Below are positions 8,839 to 16,914 of a stretch of 30,336 nt of DNA, one piece after another. Within the stretch, counting starts at the first letter, position 1. Each line of letters starts with the position of its first letter. The position numbers were made by a program, and so were the translations under genes. Below the pieces are notes generated by a model. The model did no database searches and was not told the origin of the DNA. It worked only from the letters and a program-made list of their open reading frames with translations. This DNA is from a candidate division FCPU426 bacterium (lineage in GTDB: Bacteria; Oederibacteriota; Muellerivitia; Muellerivitales; Muellerivitaceae). Location of the stretch: NCBI GenBank assembly GCA_963771075.1, contig CAVYSE010000012.1, forward strand, positions 1 through 30,336, in the 5' to 3' direction.

Positions 8839-9918
8839 ATGGCCTATAAGATTTCGATTTACAACAAAAAGGGCGGCGTAGGGAAGACGACGATAGCCGT
8901 CAACCTGGCAGCCCTAATCGCCGCCAAAACAAACACCTCTAAAAGGCCCGTCAAACTCAATGGCCGGGTCATCGGGCCGGGCGATCCCTTTTACCGTGTT
9001 CTTTTGATCGACGCGGACCAGCAGGAAAACACGTCCGATTATTTAGGAATGGGTTCTAATTTCCGGGACGACGCCGACAAGGACCGCCATCTAGGGACCG
9101 TCTTAATGGGCGGTTCGATCCAGGAGGCGGTTATCCCCTTCACATCGAGGGATTATTTAAGGGCGGACGCCACAGGCCCGGATGTTCTTTCCGACGAACA
9201 GTGGACCGGGTTTGACGACAACGGCCAGGAAGTCCTACAGAAACGAAAATTCAGGTTCAGGGTCATCAAGAACTTCCACATTGTCCCGGCTCATGCCAAC
9301 CTGGAGAAGGATAAGCCGAGCCACAACGGGAATTATTCCAAGGTGACGAAGGCTTTGGATAAAGCGGGCTTGGAAGAACTCACCCTTGGGGATTTGATGG
9401 ACGAGGATTTATTCAGGGCAAGTCTTTCACCGACCTTGCTGGCCGAAAAGATATCGGAAGTGGAGGACCAATACGATTACATTTTTATTGATTGCCCTCC
9501 CTCTTGGGACCGTCATTCCAAAATGTCGATTCTCGCTTGTGACCAGATCATCATCCCTTTGAAGCCGGGAGAATTCGAGCGGCTTGGAGTCATCCGGGTC
9601 ATGGACCAGCTCGGGGACTTGCAGGCGCTTTACGGCAAAAAACCGGACCTGATTTTCGCCATCATGAACATGATGCGGGGAAATGTTAAGAAGCACACGG
9701 CCTACCACATCAAGAATTTCCGGGAGCTGGGGCGGTTGGTGGCCATGACGGGCATTCCCTTAACGGAGGAAGTGAACAACTCCCAGGGGGACATGGTTCC
9801 TTTTGCCTTTGCCCCCAAGAAGTACCCGGTCATGGTGAAGATTTTCAACAACGTTTTCCGTGAAATCCGGAAAAGATTCTCAGAGCTAGAAACCAAAAAG
9901 GAGGCCGTCCGTGGTTAA
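8839..9918 (+). CDS. parA: ParA/Soj-family ATPase with insertions
   Basis: KKGGVGKTT, VLLIDADQQ and YDYIFIDCPP. Confidence 0.93.
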   Translation: MAYKISIYNKKGGVGKTTIAVNLAALIAAKTNTSKRPVKLNGRVIGPGDPFYRVLLIDADQQENTSDYLGMGSNFRDDADKDRHLGTVLMGGSIQEAVIPFTSRDYLRADATGPDVLSDEQWTGFDDNGQEVLQKRKFRFRVIKNFHIVPAHANLEKDKPSHNGNYSKVTKALDKAGLEELTLGDLMDEDLFRASLSPTLLAEKISEVEDQYDYIFIDCPPSWDRHSKMSILACDQIIIPLKPGEFERLGVIRVMDQLGDLQALYGKKPDLIFAIMNMMRGNVKKHTAYHIKNFRELGRLVAMTGIPLTEEVNNSQGDMVPFAFAPKKYPVMVKIFNNVFREIRKRFSELETKKEAVRG

Positions 9919-10966
9919 GCCTATTTCCTTAAACACGCTGTCCAGCCAAAAACTAACCGGGCTTTTCAAGGACCCGGTCCAGGGGGATCCCCCCAAGGAA
10001 GTCAAAGGCGGCTTTACCCCCGCCGAACTCAAGGCGAGCTTCAAATCGGACGTGGTTTATTCGATCCCGGTCAACGAGGAATGGTTCAACCTGGAAAACC
10101 GGAGACTTGCGACCAGGCGGGCCATCGACCCGGAGGCCGTTCAAAGCATGGGCGAATCCATCAAGACCCACGGCCAGGAGCAGCCGGTCAAATGCCGGTG
10201 GGATGAAACGAACAGGCTACAAATCATCCTTGGGGAAACCCGGACGCACGCTTGCAAGCTCATCGGGAAAGAGGTTCTTGTCCTCATCACGGACGCGGAC
10301 GAGCGGACTTGCAAGGCTTGGGCCCTTTCCGAAAACCTTCAACGCAACGACATGAAGGGGTATGACCAGGCGCTCAAAATGTACGAGCTTCAAAAAGAGA
10401 ATTTTTCAGTGGACGAGATTTCAATTATCGCCAACAAAAAGAAGGCCTTGATTTACCAAACTTTCAAAATTTTTGATTACCCGAAAATCACGGAGGCTTT
10501 GGAGGCGGGGAAGATCACGATTTCAGACGCGAGGCTTTTAGCTTCGACCACTTCCTCCAAGTCACTCGAAGAAGGGCTTCAAGTGAAAGCTATCGAGGCC
10601 CTTTCGGCTGGGACGTTGAAGGTTTCCGACCTTGATTATTTCGCCGACAAAAAGGGAGATATCCCGTTGGCGACCGCACCAGCCGCGCCGGGCCAACCAG
10701 GCGCACCAACAGATCCGGCGTCGAAGTCTGATGATTCGAGCAAACCCAAGACCAAGAGCCACACCGCCAAGGATGACGGAGCTTACTTCAAGAAATTCAA
10801 CGATGGGAAAATCGTGTTCAAGGCAACCGCCGTGCCCGGGAAGACACAGATGGCGGAACTAAAGAAGATGAAACAGGCCGTTGCCGGCTTCTCGGCCGCA
10901 TTGGAAAAAGTTATCACCGTTGCTTCAACCGCGGACAAAGGTAAGAAAAAAGGGAAGAAGGGCTGA
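9911..10966 (+). CDS. parB: ParB/RepB/Spo0J-family partition protein
   Basis: SIKTHGQEQPV, ILGETRTHA (GxxRxxA), ALSENLQRNDM and a following HTH; overlaps the parA stop. Confidence 0.9.
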   Translation: MVKPISLNTLSSQKLTGLFKDPVQGDPPKEVKGGFTPAELKASFKSDVVYSIPVNEEWFNLENRRLATRRAIDPEAVQSMGESIKTHGQEQPVKCRWDETNRLQIILGETRTHACKLIGKEVLVLITDADERTCKAWALSENLQRNDMKGYDQALKMYELQKENFSVDEISIIANKKKALIYQTFKIFDYPKITEALEAGKITISDARLLASTTSSKSLEEGLQVKAIEALSAGTLKVSDLDYFADKKGDIPLATAPAAPGQPGAPTDPASKSDDSSKPKTKSHTAKDDGAYFKKFNDGKIVFKATAVPGKTQMAELKKMKQAVAGFSAALEKVITVASTADKGKKKGKKG

Positions 10967-10991
10967 TTTTTCAACCATCGGGAAAGAATGA

Positions 10992-12878
10992 ATGCTTTCA
11001 AACTTTTATATAAAAATTCTTTGGTTCTTTGGAATCTTTTCGCTCGTCAACTACTTGCTGGAACTTTTCGGGCTGGTTGCGCCCGGGGTTAGCTGGGTGG
11101 ACGTTCTGGCCGTAGCGGCGAATCTTTATTGTGCTTTCCGGCTTGCGAAGGATAAGAAACTTTCCGTTTTGGAGCGCCTGGCCGCTTTGGCACCATGGGT
11201 TGTCTTCACAGAGCATTTTTTCGGTTTGCTCGGAAATAATATAATAACTGTTTTTGTAACCGTCCTGGGCGTCGTGGCCACCACCGTAGTTTTATTCATG
11301 GTTCTTGGAAAGGTTGAGAAGAAGAAGACCGTGACCGCGCCTGTTGACGGCGAAAAAGGGAACTATCCGATTATCCTGGACGAAGAACAGGATTTTTTCA
11401 TTTCCACCAAACAAGTTTTCGAACACGTCCAGGTGATAGGGAAGTCAGGAAGCGGAAAATCCGCCAGCTATTTTTTAAACGCTAAGTTTCAGGCTATCCA
11501 CCAGGGCAAAGGTTGCTTCTCATACGACGCCAAGAGCGAGGAAATTCATATCCTGGCCTATTACGCGCATGAAGCGGGTCGGATTACTGATTTTGTACCC
11601 TTCGATTTGCGTTGCCCGGAGCGTAGCGACAAGGTCAATCCTTTGGCATGGTTCACACCGGAAGGCAAACCCGACTCCCAGGTTGTTTCAAATATTGCCC
11701 AGCAAATTCTTTATTTCGAAAATAAGTCGAATGTGAGCTTTTTCCCCGACACCGGAAAAATGTTCATTCAGAATCTTACCGGACTTCTTCATTACGAATA
11801 CCCGATCATCACTTTTGCGGACTACTACCACGTCGTCACATCTGAAATGGAAAACCTGGATTCAATAAACGCCTTGTGTGAGCTGCACCCTAACAGCACG
11901 GAGGCAAATTATTTTAAGGGCCTTTGGTTGGAAACATCTTCTTCTGAAAGGCGTCAAGCTCTTTCCGGACTTATAAATCTTATAGTGCCATTCGTGCAAG
12001 GACCGTGGGCACCTTTGATAAACACCAAGACGCCCACTTTTCTTATCTCCGACCTCATTAATTCAAACAGGATATTTCATTTTGGGGCGGCGTCTTCCAT
12101 TTACCAATCGGATTATCGACGCTTGGCCGCCTGTTTCTTGATGGGGATAATGATCGAGGTAGGTAAGAGGGCGGCCAAGTTGGAGAAAACCCCTTATGAC
12201 CTATTTATTGACGAGTTCGCCTCTATCGCCTATGAGAAATTCGCAGATACCGTTGGAACGGTAAGGTCAAAGGGGATAGGTATTCATCTAGGTCATCAAT
12301 CCATGGGCGACCTTGATAAAGTCGGCCCGGCCTTTAAGAGAGCGGTTTGCGACAACACGACCACGAAAATTTATTTCCGGGTCCTCTCAAAGGAAACGGC
12401 CAGGGAATGCGCGGACTCCATAGGGACCGAGATCGTGGACCCATACATGGTGAAATCGGTAAAGACAAACGCTGGCCTCTTTGGTGGTTACCAGGAGGCG
12501 GGGGCCACCATTAAAGAAAACGACCGGGCCTACAAAGTCCACCCGGATTTAATAATGGATTTCGTCAAAGGGCAGGCCGCAATAAAAGTGTCTTATGAAA
12601 AGGGTGTGAAGCACGGAATCATCCAATTCAAACTTGCGCCGGAACCGCCGTCATCATTCGATTTTACGGAATATGTGAAAATCAGGAATTACCATAAAGG
12701 CCCTGTTGAGAAAAATTTACCATTCAAAAAGCCCTTGGCCGTGGCGAAGGTGGACCCCTCGCCTGGCACGGGGAAGCAGATGTTCAAAAAGGACGCCATT
12801 TTCGACAAGGTGGACGCCATGAAGAAGGAAATGATCGAGCACCGCAGACCTAAGAAGGTCGAGGACGGATCGAATTGA
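10992..12878 (+). CDS. type IV coupling protein (TraD/TraG/VirD4 family)
   Basis: N-terminal TM helices, HVQVIGKSGSGKS Walker A, LFIDEF Walker B, RSKGIGIHLGHQSMGDL and NTTTKIYFR. Confidence 0.9.
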   Translation: MLSNFYIKILWFFGIFSLVNYLLELFGLVAPGVSWVDVLAVAANLYCAFRLAKDKKLSVLERLAALAPWVVFTEHFFGLLGNNIITVFVTVLGVVATTVVLFMVLGKVEKKKTVTAPVDGEKGNYPIILDEEQDFFISTKQVFEHVQVIGKSGSGKSASYFLNAKFQAIHQGKGCFSYDAKSEEIHILAYYAHEAGRITDFVPFDLRCPERSDKVNPLAWFTPEGKPDSQVVSNIAQQILYFENKSNVSFFPDTGKMFIQNLTGLLHYEYPIITFADYYHVVTSEMENLDSINALCELHPNSTEANYFKGLWLETSSSERRQALSGLINLIVPFVQGPWAPLINTKTPTFLISDLINSNRIFHFGAASSIYQSDYRRLAACFLMGIMIEVGKRAAKLEKTPYDLFIDEFASIAYEKFADTVGTVRSKGIGIHLGHQSMGDLDKVGPAFKRAVCDNTTTKIYFRVLSKETARECADSIGTEIVDPYMVKSVKTNAGLFGGYQEAGATIKENDRAYKVHPDLIMDFVKGQAAIKVSYEKGVKHGIIQFKLAPEPPSSFDFTEYVKIRNYHKGPVEKNLPFKKPLAVAKVDPSPGTGKQMFKKDAIFDKVDAMKKEMIEHRRPKKVEDGSN

Positions 12879-13675
12879 ATTCCCTTCGCGGCGAGCATTA
12901 CAAGATGCTGGCCTATATCCACAGCAACCGAACCATTACCATCGAGCTTTTCAAAGAGAAATTTTTCCCCGGCAAGACCTACCAAAGGGCCTGGCAACTC
13001 ATCGGCCTTTTAAAGCGTAAAAACTACCTTTTTTCCAAGCATGAGAACAAGTTCAAACCGGCTGTCTTTGGGCTGACCCAGGAGGCTTTGTCCGAAATGG
13101 TGTCAAAAGGATTTCTCTTGGCCAAGAGGGTAAGGCCCGTAAGGATTTATTTCGGCCATGAGGCCCACCACGAGGCCGTTACCAGGTTAAGGATCAAGAT
13201 AGAGGGCGACCCGGCATTTTCAGACGTGTTTTGGCTTTCAGACTTCGAGATCAAGCAAGGGATGAGCAAAGAGGCCAAATGGAAATTCCGGGAGCTGGAA
13301 ACCGCCGAGGAGAGGCTTGAGTTCATAAAGACCTGGAAGAAGATAAAGTACAAGCGCGACCCGGACGGATACTTTGACGCGCTGGTTGGTAACGATGAAG
13401 TGGAGTCCTACGTCCTTGAATACGAGCACCAGGAATATTCCAGGACCACAATCCTTGGGATGATCAACGGGCTTGAGGATTCTTTCCGGGGAGCGGGGAA
13501 GTTGGTCGTTTGCAAAACCCCGGAAAGGGAAGACGGGTTTAGGAAGATCCTCGTTCAGACCATGGATTCGATCAAAGGCCGGAGATTCGACTACGGCGAA
13601 TGGATGACGTCCAGCATCGAAAAAGCCACCACCCAACCCTTCAAAACCGCATTTAAAACGTTAAATAAAGACTAA
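12875..13675 (+). CDS. replication-relaxation-family-like putative relaxase (wHTH + PD-(D/E)XK-like)
   Basis: N-terminal wHTH, HEAHH...WLSD...RDPDGYF...VLEYE; start overlaps the T4CP stop, the usual context for this family. Confidence 0.65.
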   Translation: MNSLRGEHYKMLAYIHSNRTITIELFKEKFFPGKTYQRAWQLIGLLKRKNYLFSKHENKFKPAVFGLTQEALSEMVSKGFLLAKRVRPVRIYFGHEAHHEAVTRLRIKIEGDPAFSDVFWLSDFEIKQGMSKEAKWKFRELETAEERLEFIKTWKKIKYKRDPDGYFDALVGNDEVESYVLEYEHQEYSRTTILGMINGLEDSFRGAGKLVVCKTPEREDGFRKILVQTMDSIKGRRFDYGEWMTSSIEKATTQPFKTAFKTLNKD

Positions 13676-13712
13676 AGTCTATTAAATAGACACTTTCCCT
13701 TTTGTTGATATC

Positions 13713-13878
13713 GTTTAAACACTTTTAAGTCGTAAAAACATTACAGGCATTGATCCAAACGATTCCTCGCGCTCCCGACCCCGCTCTTACCGCATCACAT
13801 AATACGTGATGGGTTAGCAAGAGCGGGGTCGGGAGCGCGAGTAATGGATCAATGTAATGTTTTTAAAAGTGTTTAAAC
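13713..13878. repeat. long imperfect inverted repeat (rod hairpin 1)
   Basis: 23-bp perfect core 13766-13788/13819-13841, extended out to GTTTAAACACTTTTAA/TTAAAAGTGTTTAAAC. Confidence 0.92.
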
Positions 13879-13886
13879 AGTTGGAG

Positions 13887-14018
13887 AGAAAAAAACAGCA
13901 GGAAAAAAGCTAGAAAACAGGCCGGAAAAAGTCGGTGAACAAAAGAAGGTTCACCGCCTTTTATAGCCCGGCCAAAGCGGTTTTCTAGCGTTGCGCTTTT
14001 TTCCTGCTGTTTTTTTCT
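13887..14018. repeat. long imperfect inverted repeat (rod hairpin 2)
   Basis: 24-bp perfect outer stem 13887-13910/13995-14018, plus inner stems CTAGAAAAC, GGCCGG and CGGTGAAC. Confidence 0.92.
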
Positions 14019-14019
14019 A

Positions 14020-14320
14020 AAGGTACAGGGCCGCGCGAGTGGCTGGCCCTGCCAAGGCACCGGGCCGCGCGGGAGGCTGGCCCGGCAAAGAGGCACGGCC
14101 CGCTTATGAGGGCGGGCCGCTAGGCATGGCCCCTCGGATATCGGCAGGCGAACCGGGGCCACCAAGGCACAGTTGGCCCAAAGGCAAAGTTCGCCAATGG
14201 GCCAACTGGAAGGCAAGCGGATCAAAAGGCGATCCGCATTAACAGGCGAAAGGCTTATTTATTCATTTCGCCAAAAGGCGTGGCGAAAAGGGGGGGCCGG
14301 GCGTAAGCCCGGCCAAGGTG
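14020..14320. other. tandem array of about eight short GC-rich hairpins with AGGC motifs in linkers and loops
   Basis: Stems such as CAGGGCC/GGCCCTG, CCGGGCC/GGCCCGG, CGGCCCGC/GCGGGCCG, TGGCCCC/GGGGCCA, CAGTTGGCCCA/TGGGCCAACTG, GCGGATC/GATCCGC, TTTCGCCA/TGGCGAAA and GGCCGGGC/GCCCGGCC. Confidence 0.8.
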
Positions 14321-14497
14321 TGAACGTCAAAGGATTCAAACCAGGAGGAAGGAAACCTTCGGTTTCCTTTAGAGGCTTTTTAAAGTCTATTAAATAGACT
14401 TTCACCAATTGGAGTTTTTTGGATAACCGGGATTATCCCGGTAAATTTGTGAGGAAATTTCAGGTTTTAATTTTTTGGGGTTGGTTTTGCTTTTACC

Positions 14498-14525
14498 ATT
14501 TCATATAAACATGGTTATATGAAAT
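14498..14525. other. dif/pdif-like tyrosine-recombinase site
   Basis: ATTTCATATAA-ACATGG-TTATATGAAAT, an 11-6-11 inverted repeat. The right arm matches the XerD arm TTATGTTAAAT at 9/11. Confidence 0.6.
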
Positions 14526-14626
14526 ACTTGACAAGAAGTATACCCGGTATACTTTTCCTTACGGATTCTTTCAAGAAAACTCGGTATAAAAATCGTTATA
14601 CCGAAAGAACGCGACAACGAGTCTAT

Positions 14627-14821
14627 TCAATAGACTTTCAGCTTGGTCATTTCAAGCTTATTCAGGAGCTTTGCGAGCTTATCAAGGGTCTTTAGGAATT
14701 TCTTTACTTCTTTCTTCCGCATGAGGGCTTTCACGACTTTGGGCTTCACTTTATTCCGCACGAGGAATTTCACGAGTTGCGGGGTTTCCTCTTTTATTGC
14801 TTTGGCGGCTCTGGGTTTCAT
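14627..14821 (-). CDS. possible small lysine-rich helical protein
   Basis: MKPRAAK...KLKVY; the only unstructured, protein-like stretch in the non-coding block; no clear RBS. Confidence 0.35.
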   Translation of the reverse strand: MKPRAAKAIKEETPQLVKFLVRNKVKPKVVKALMRKKEVKKFLKTLDKLAKLLNKLEMTKLKVY

Positions 14822-15733
14822 TCGCTTCTGTTTTCGATCCGAGTAATTTTTAGGATTACACAAAATATCATTCCGCATCATAGATTTTAAGACATTGGTT
14901 TAAGGGGGGAAGGGGAAGGGAACAGGAGCACTTCCCTTCCCTGGGCCTTCCCCCTGGGTTGCACTTCCCTTTTGGAAAACCGCCAAAAGGGTGATTGCAA
15001 CCGCACCCCTTTCCCCGGGGGCGACTGCCCCGCGATCCCCTGCCCAAAAGGGAGAACCCCCTTTTGAATTTCCCTTTTTGGGGGAAAGGAAAACAAACGA
15101 GAAGAAGTTTGTTTTCCGTGGGCTTTCCCCCGGGAGACTTCCCTTTTGAAGATCGCAAAAGAGAAGACTCCCTCCCCTTTCCGGTGAGATCAGTTCCCCA
15201 CTTCCCTTTCGTTCATTCCCCTTCCCCTGACCTTTTGGGGACCCCGCCAAGCAGTTAAACCGACTAGCCTGTCCAAAAGTATTTTATCCTCCCGGGGGAA
15301 GGTGTTTTTGGAGTCTATCGGTTTAACAGATTGGCCCTCCCACAAAGGGGCCTTCCCTCCCGGTCCACAAGAACGGCGGACCCGGAACGTAAGCCACCAG
15401 GAGGAAGGGGTCGTTAAGTGCCTCACGGAAGATCCTGAAAATGAAAATTTCCGCGTAACAAAAAAAATACCGCGTCGGTTTCCATTTTCAGGATTGCGGC
15501 CAGAAGGAAAGGCCGCAGGTCGGTTCCCTTCCCTGCCGTTCGGGTGGCGTGAGGTAAAAACCCTTTTTCTGAATTTGTCGTTTGAGGTAGGTATTTTTCC
15601 TTTTCCGGGCATTTCTGTTAGGTCGAGAAAACATTTCAAAATTTCGGCCTTTAAAAGTGAAATCGTCTTTTTTTGGTTTTTCCAGGGTCGGGTTATCTAA
15701 AAAGTCTATTAAATAGACTTTTCTAGTCTCATA

Positions 15734-16098
15734 GCCCGGGTGGTGGACCCCCGGACCCCCCAGGGGGAGGGACGAACCCCCCCTTCCCTTTATCCCCACC
15801 CAAGCCCGGGGGAAAATGACCCCCGGTGCCCCTCAGGCGCAAGTCAACGTGGAAGAAATCCTTTTTCCGGGCGGCTTCGCCGTCCGGGCCGGGGCCTCCG
15901 CCCCTAAACCCCGCCCCTGGCCGGGGCGAATTCTCGCCCTTTCGGCCAACACAGCCGGGCCGGGATTTGCCCGGATGATGCTGACACCTAGACGCACTCC
16001 CCCGGAACAAAGAGTTTCTGGAACCAACAGCCCACACCTTATCGCTCCGAGAACCGCCCCCTAAGTCTTTTAGGGGGGGCGGTCCCCGGAGGCCGCTC
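15734..16098. repeat. ~365-bp structured direct repeat, copy 1
   Basis: Aligns along its whole length with 16915-17278; long identical blocks such as CAACGTGGAAGAAATCCTTTTTCCGGGCGGCTTCGCCGTCCGGGCCGGGGCCTCCGCCCCTAAACCCCG. Confidence 0.95.
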
Positions 16099-16155
16099 TC
16101 TCCTCGGTAAAACAACTAAATTTTAGCGTATTAAGAGAAGTTTATTTCAGCGGGT

Positions 16156-16184
16156 TTGCACTTGTAATCTAAATAGGTTACAAT
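16156..16184 (+). promoter_or_regulatory. sigma70-type promoter with overlapping palindromic operator
   Basis: TTGCAC-N17-TACAAT; inverted repeat TTGTAA...TTACAA at 16162-16183. Confidence 0.6.
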
Positions 16185-16197
16185 CAAGGAGATGAAA

Positions 16198-16470
16198 ATG
16201 AATGAAATTATATGGGACGTGGAAGCGAGAAAGAATTACGACTTTTTGATGTCAGACCGTAAGAACGGATTGACGAAGTTTCAAAAAGACCTTTTGGACC
16301 AGCGGATTGACGCTTTAAGGTGGTGGCCACCGAAAAGGTGGTTCGACTTAAGGAATCAAAAGGATGGGACGGTCACTTTCCAATTGGAAAATGACCAGAT
16401 GGCGGAAATCCAGGGGGCTTTTGTAGATGGTGTGGTTCACATCTACTTTTTCGACATAGAGAAAGGATAA
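16198..16470 (+). CDS. hypothetical protein, possibly divergent RelE/ParE fold
   Basis: RBS AGGAG; IIWDVEARKNYDFL...IDALRWWP followed by beta-strands. An alternative start lies at 16192. Confidence 0.65.
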   Translation: MNEIIWDVEARKNYDFLMSDRKNGLTKFQKDLLDQRIDALRWWPPKRWFDLRNQKDGTVTFQLENDQMAEIQGAFVDGVVHIYFFDIEKG

Positions 16471-16473
16471 AAA

Positions 16474-16794
16474 ATGGCGAACACATTTACCTACAGGCCG
16501 AAAAAATACAGTGTTGACCAATTAAGGGGAATCGCCAGGAAGAAGGGAACCAACTTAAACCGCTTAATTGAGTTTGCGCTTATCGAGAAAATCCACCAGG
16601 ACGAAATCGGGAAGAGAGGGGGGGACGTGGATGCTTTGACGGAAGATTTAAAACGTGTCGTGGTGGAACACATGGGGGTCAAACTCCTCAAGCCCAACCA
16701 AAGAACCCATGAGCGGATTTTGAAAAAGATGAGGGAGACGAATCCCAAGGATATGATTTCCGACCGGTTGGTAAGGCCCCACCGCTACAAATAA
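16474..16794 (+). CDS. ribbon-helix-helix-like DNA-binding protein (candidate antitoxin)
   Basis: TFTYRP...LRGIARKKGTNLNRLIEFAL; 3 nt after the upstream gene; hairpin at 16806-16860 follows. Confidence 0.7.
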   Translation: MANTFTYRPKKYSVDQLRGIARKKGTNLNRLIEFALIEKIHQDEIGKRGGDVDALTEDLKRVVVEHMGVKLLKPNQRTHERILKKMRETNPKDMISDRLVRPHRYK

Positions 16795-16914
16795 TTTCGC
16801 GCAGGTAGGAAACCTCGCCGTCCCCGGGCGGAAGTCTTCCCGGGGCCGTGTAGGTTTCCTCTAAAGACATACCTAGAAGGGAAGGGGGAAACCCCTTCCC
16901 TTCACCTTTTCCTG

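Larger units (their letters stand above)
13674..15722. repeat. four copies of palindrome (AA)AGTCTATT-N-AATAGAC(TTT)
   Basis: Copies at 13674-13691, 14382-14402, 14620-14638 (centre C) and 15700-15722. Confidence 0.9.

Noticed and set aside
13713..13878. Rod hairpin as a protelomerase telomere site or retron msr-msd
   Set aside because: The centre is not a perfect palindrome, and no protelomerase or reverse transcriptase is present in the window
14020..14320. Hairpin array as a CRISPR array
   Set aside because: The conserved part is only 4-5 nt, the stems differ in sequence, and no cas genes are present
14528..14553. TTGACA...TATACT promoter-like match
   Set aside because: The spacer is only 14 nt, too short for sigma70
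13863..16115. Many 60-150-aa ORFs in the structured region
   Set aside because: G/P/R-rich translations of GC hairpins with no RBS; frames are not preserved between the two repeat copies
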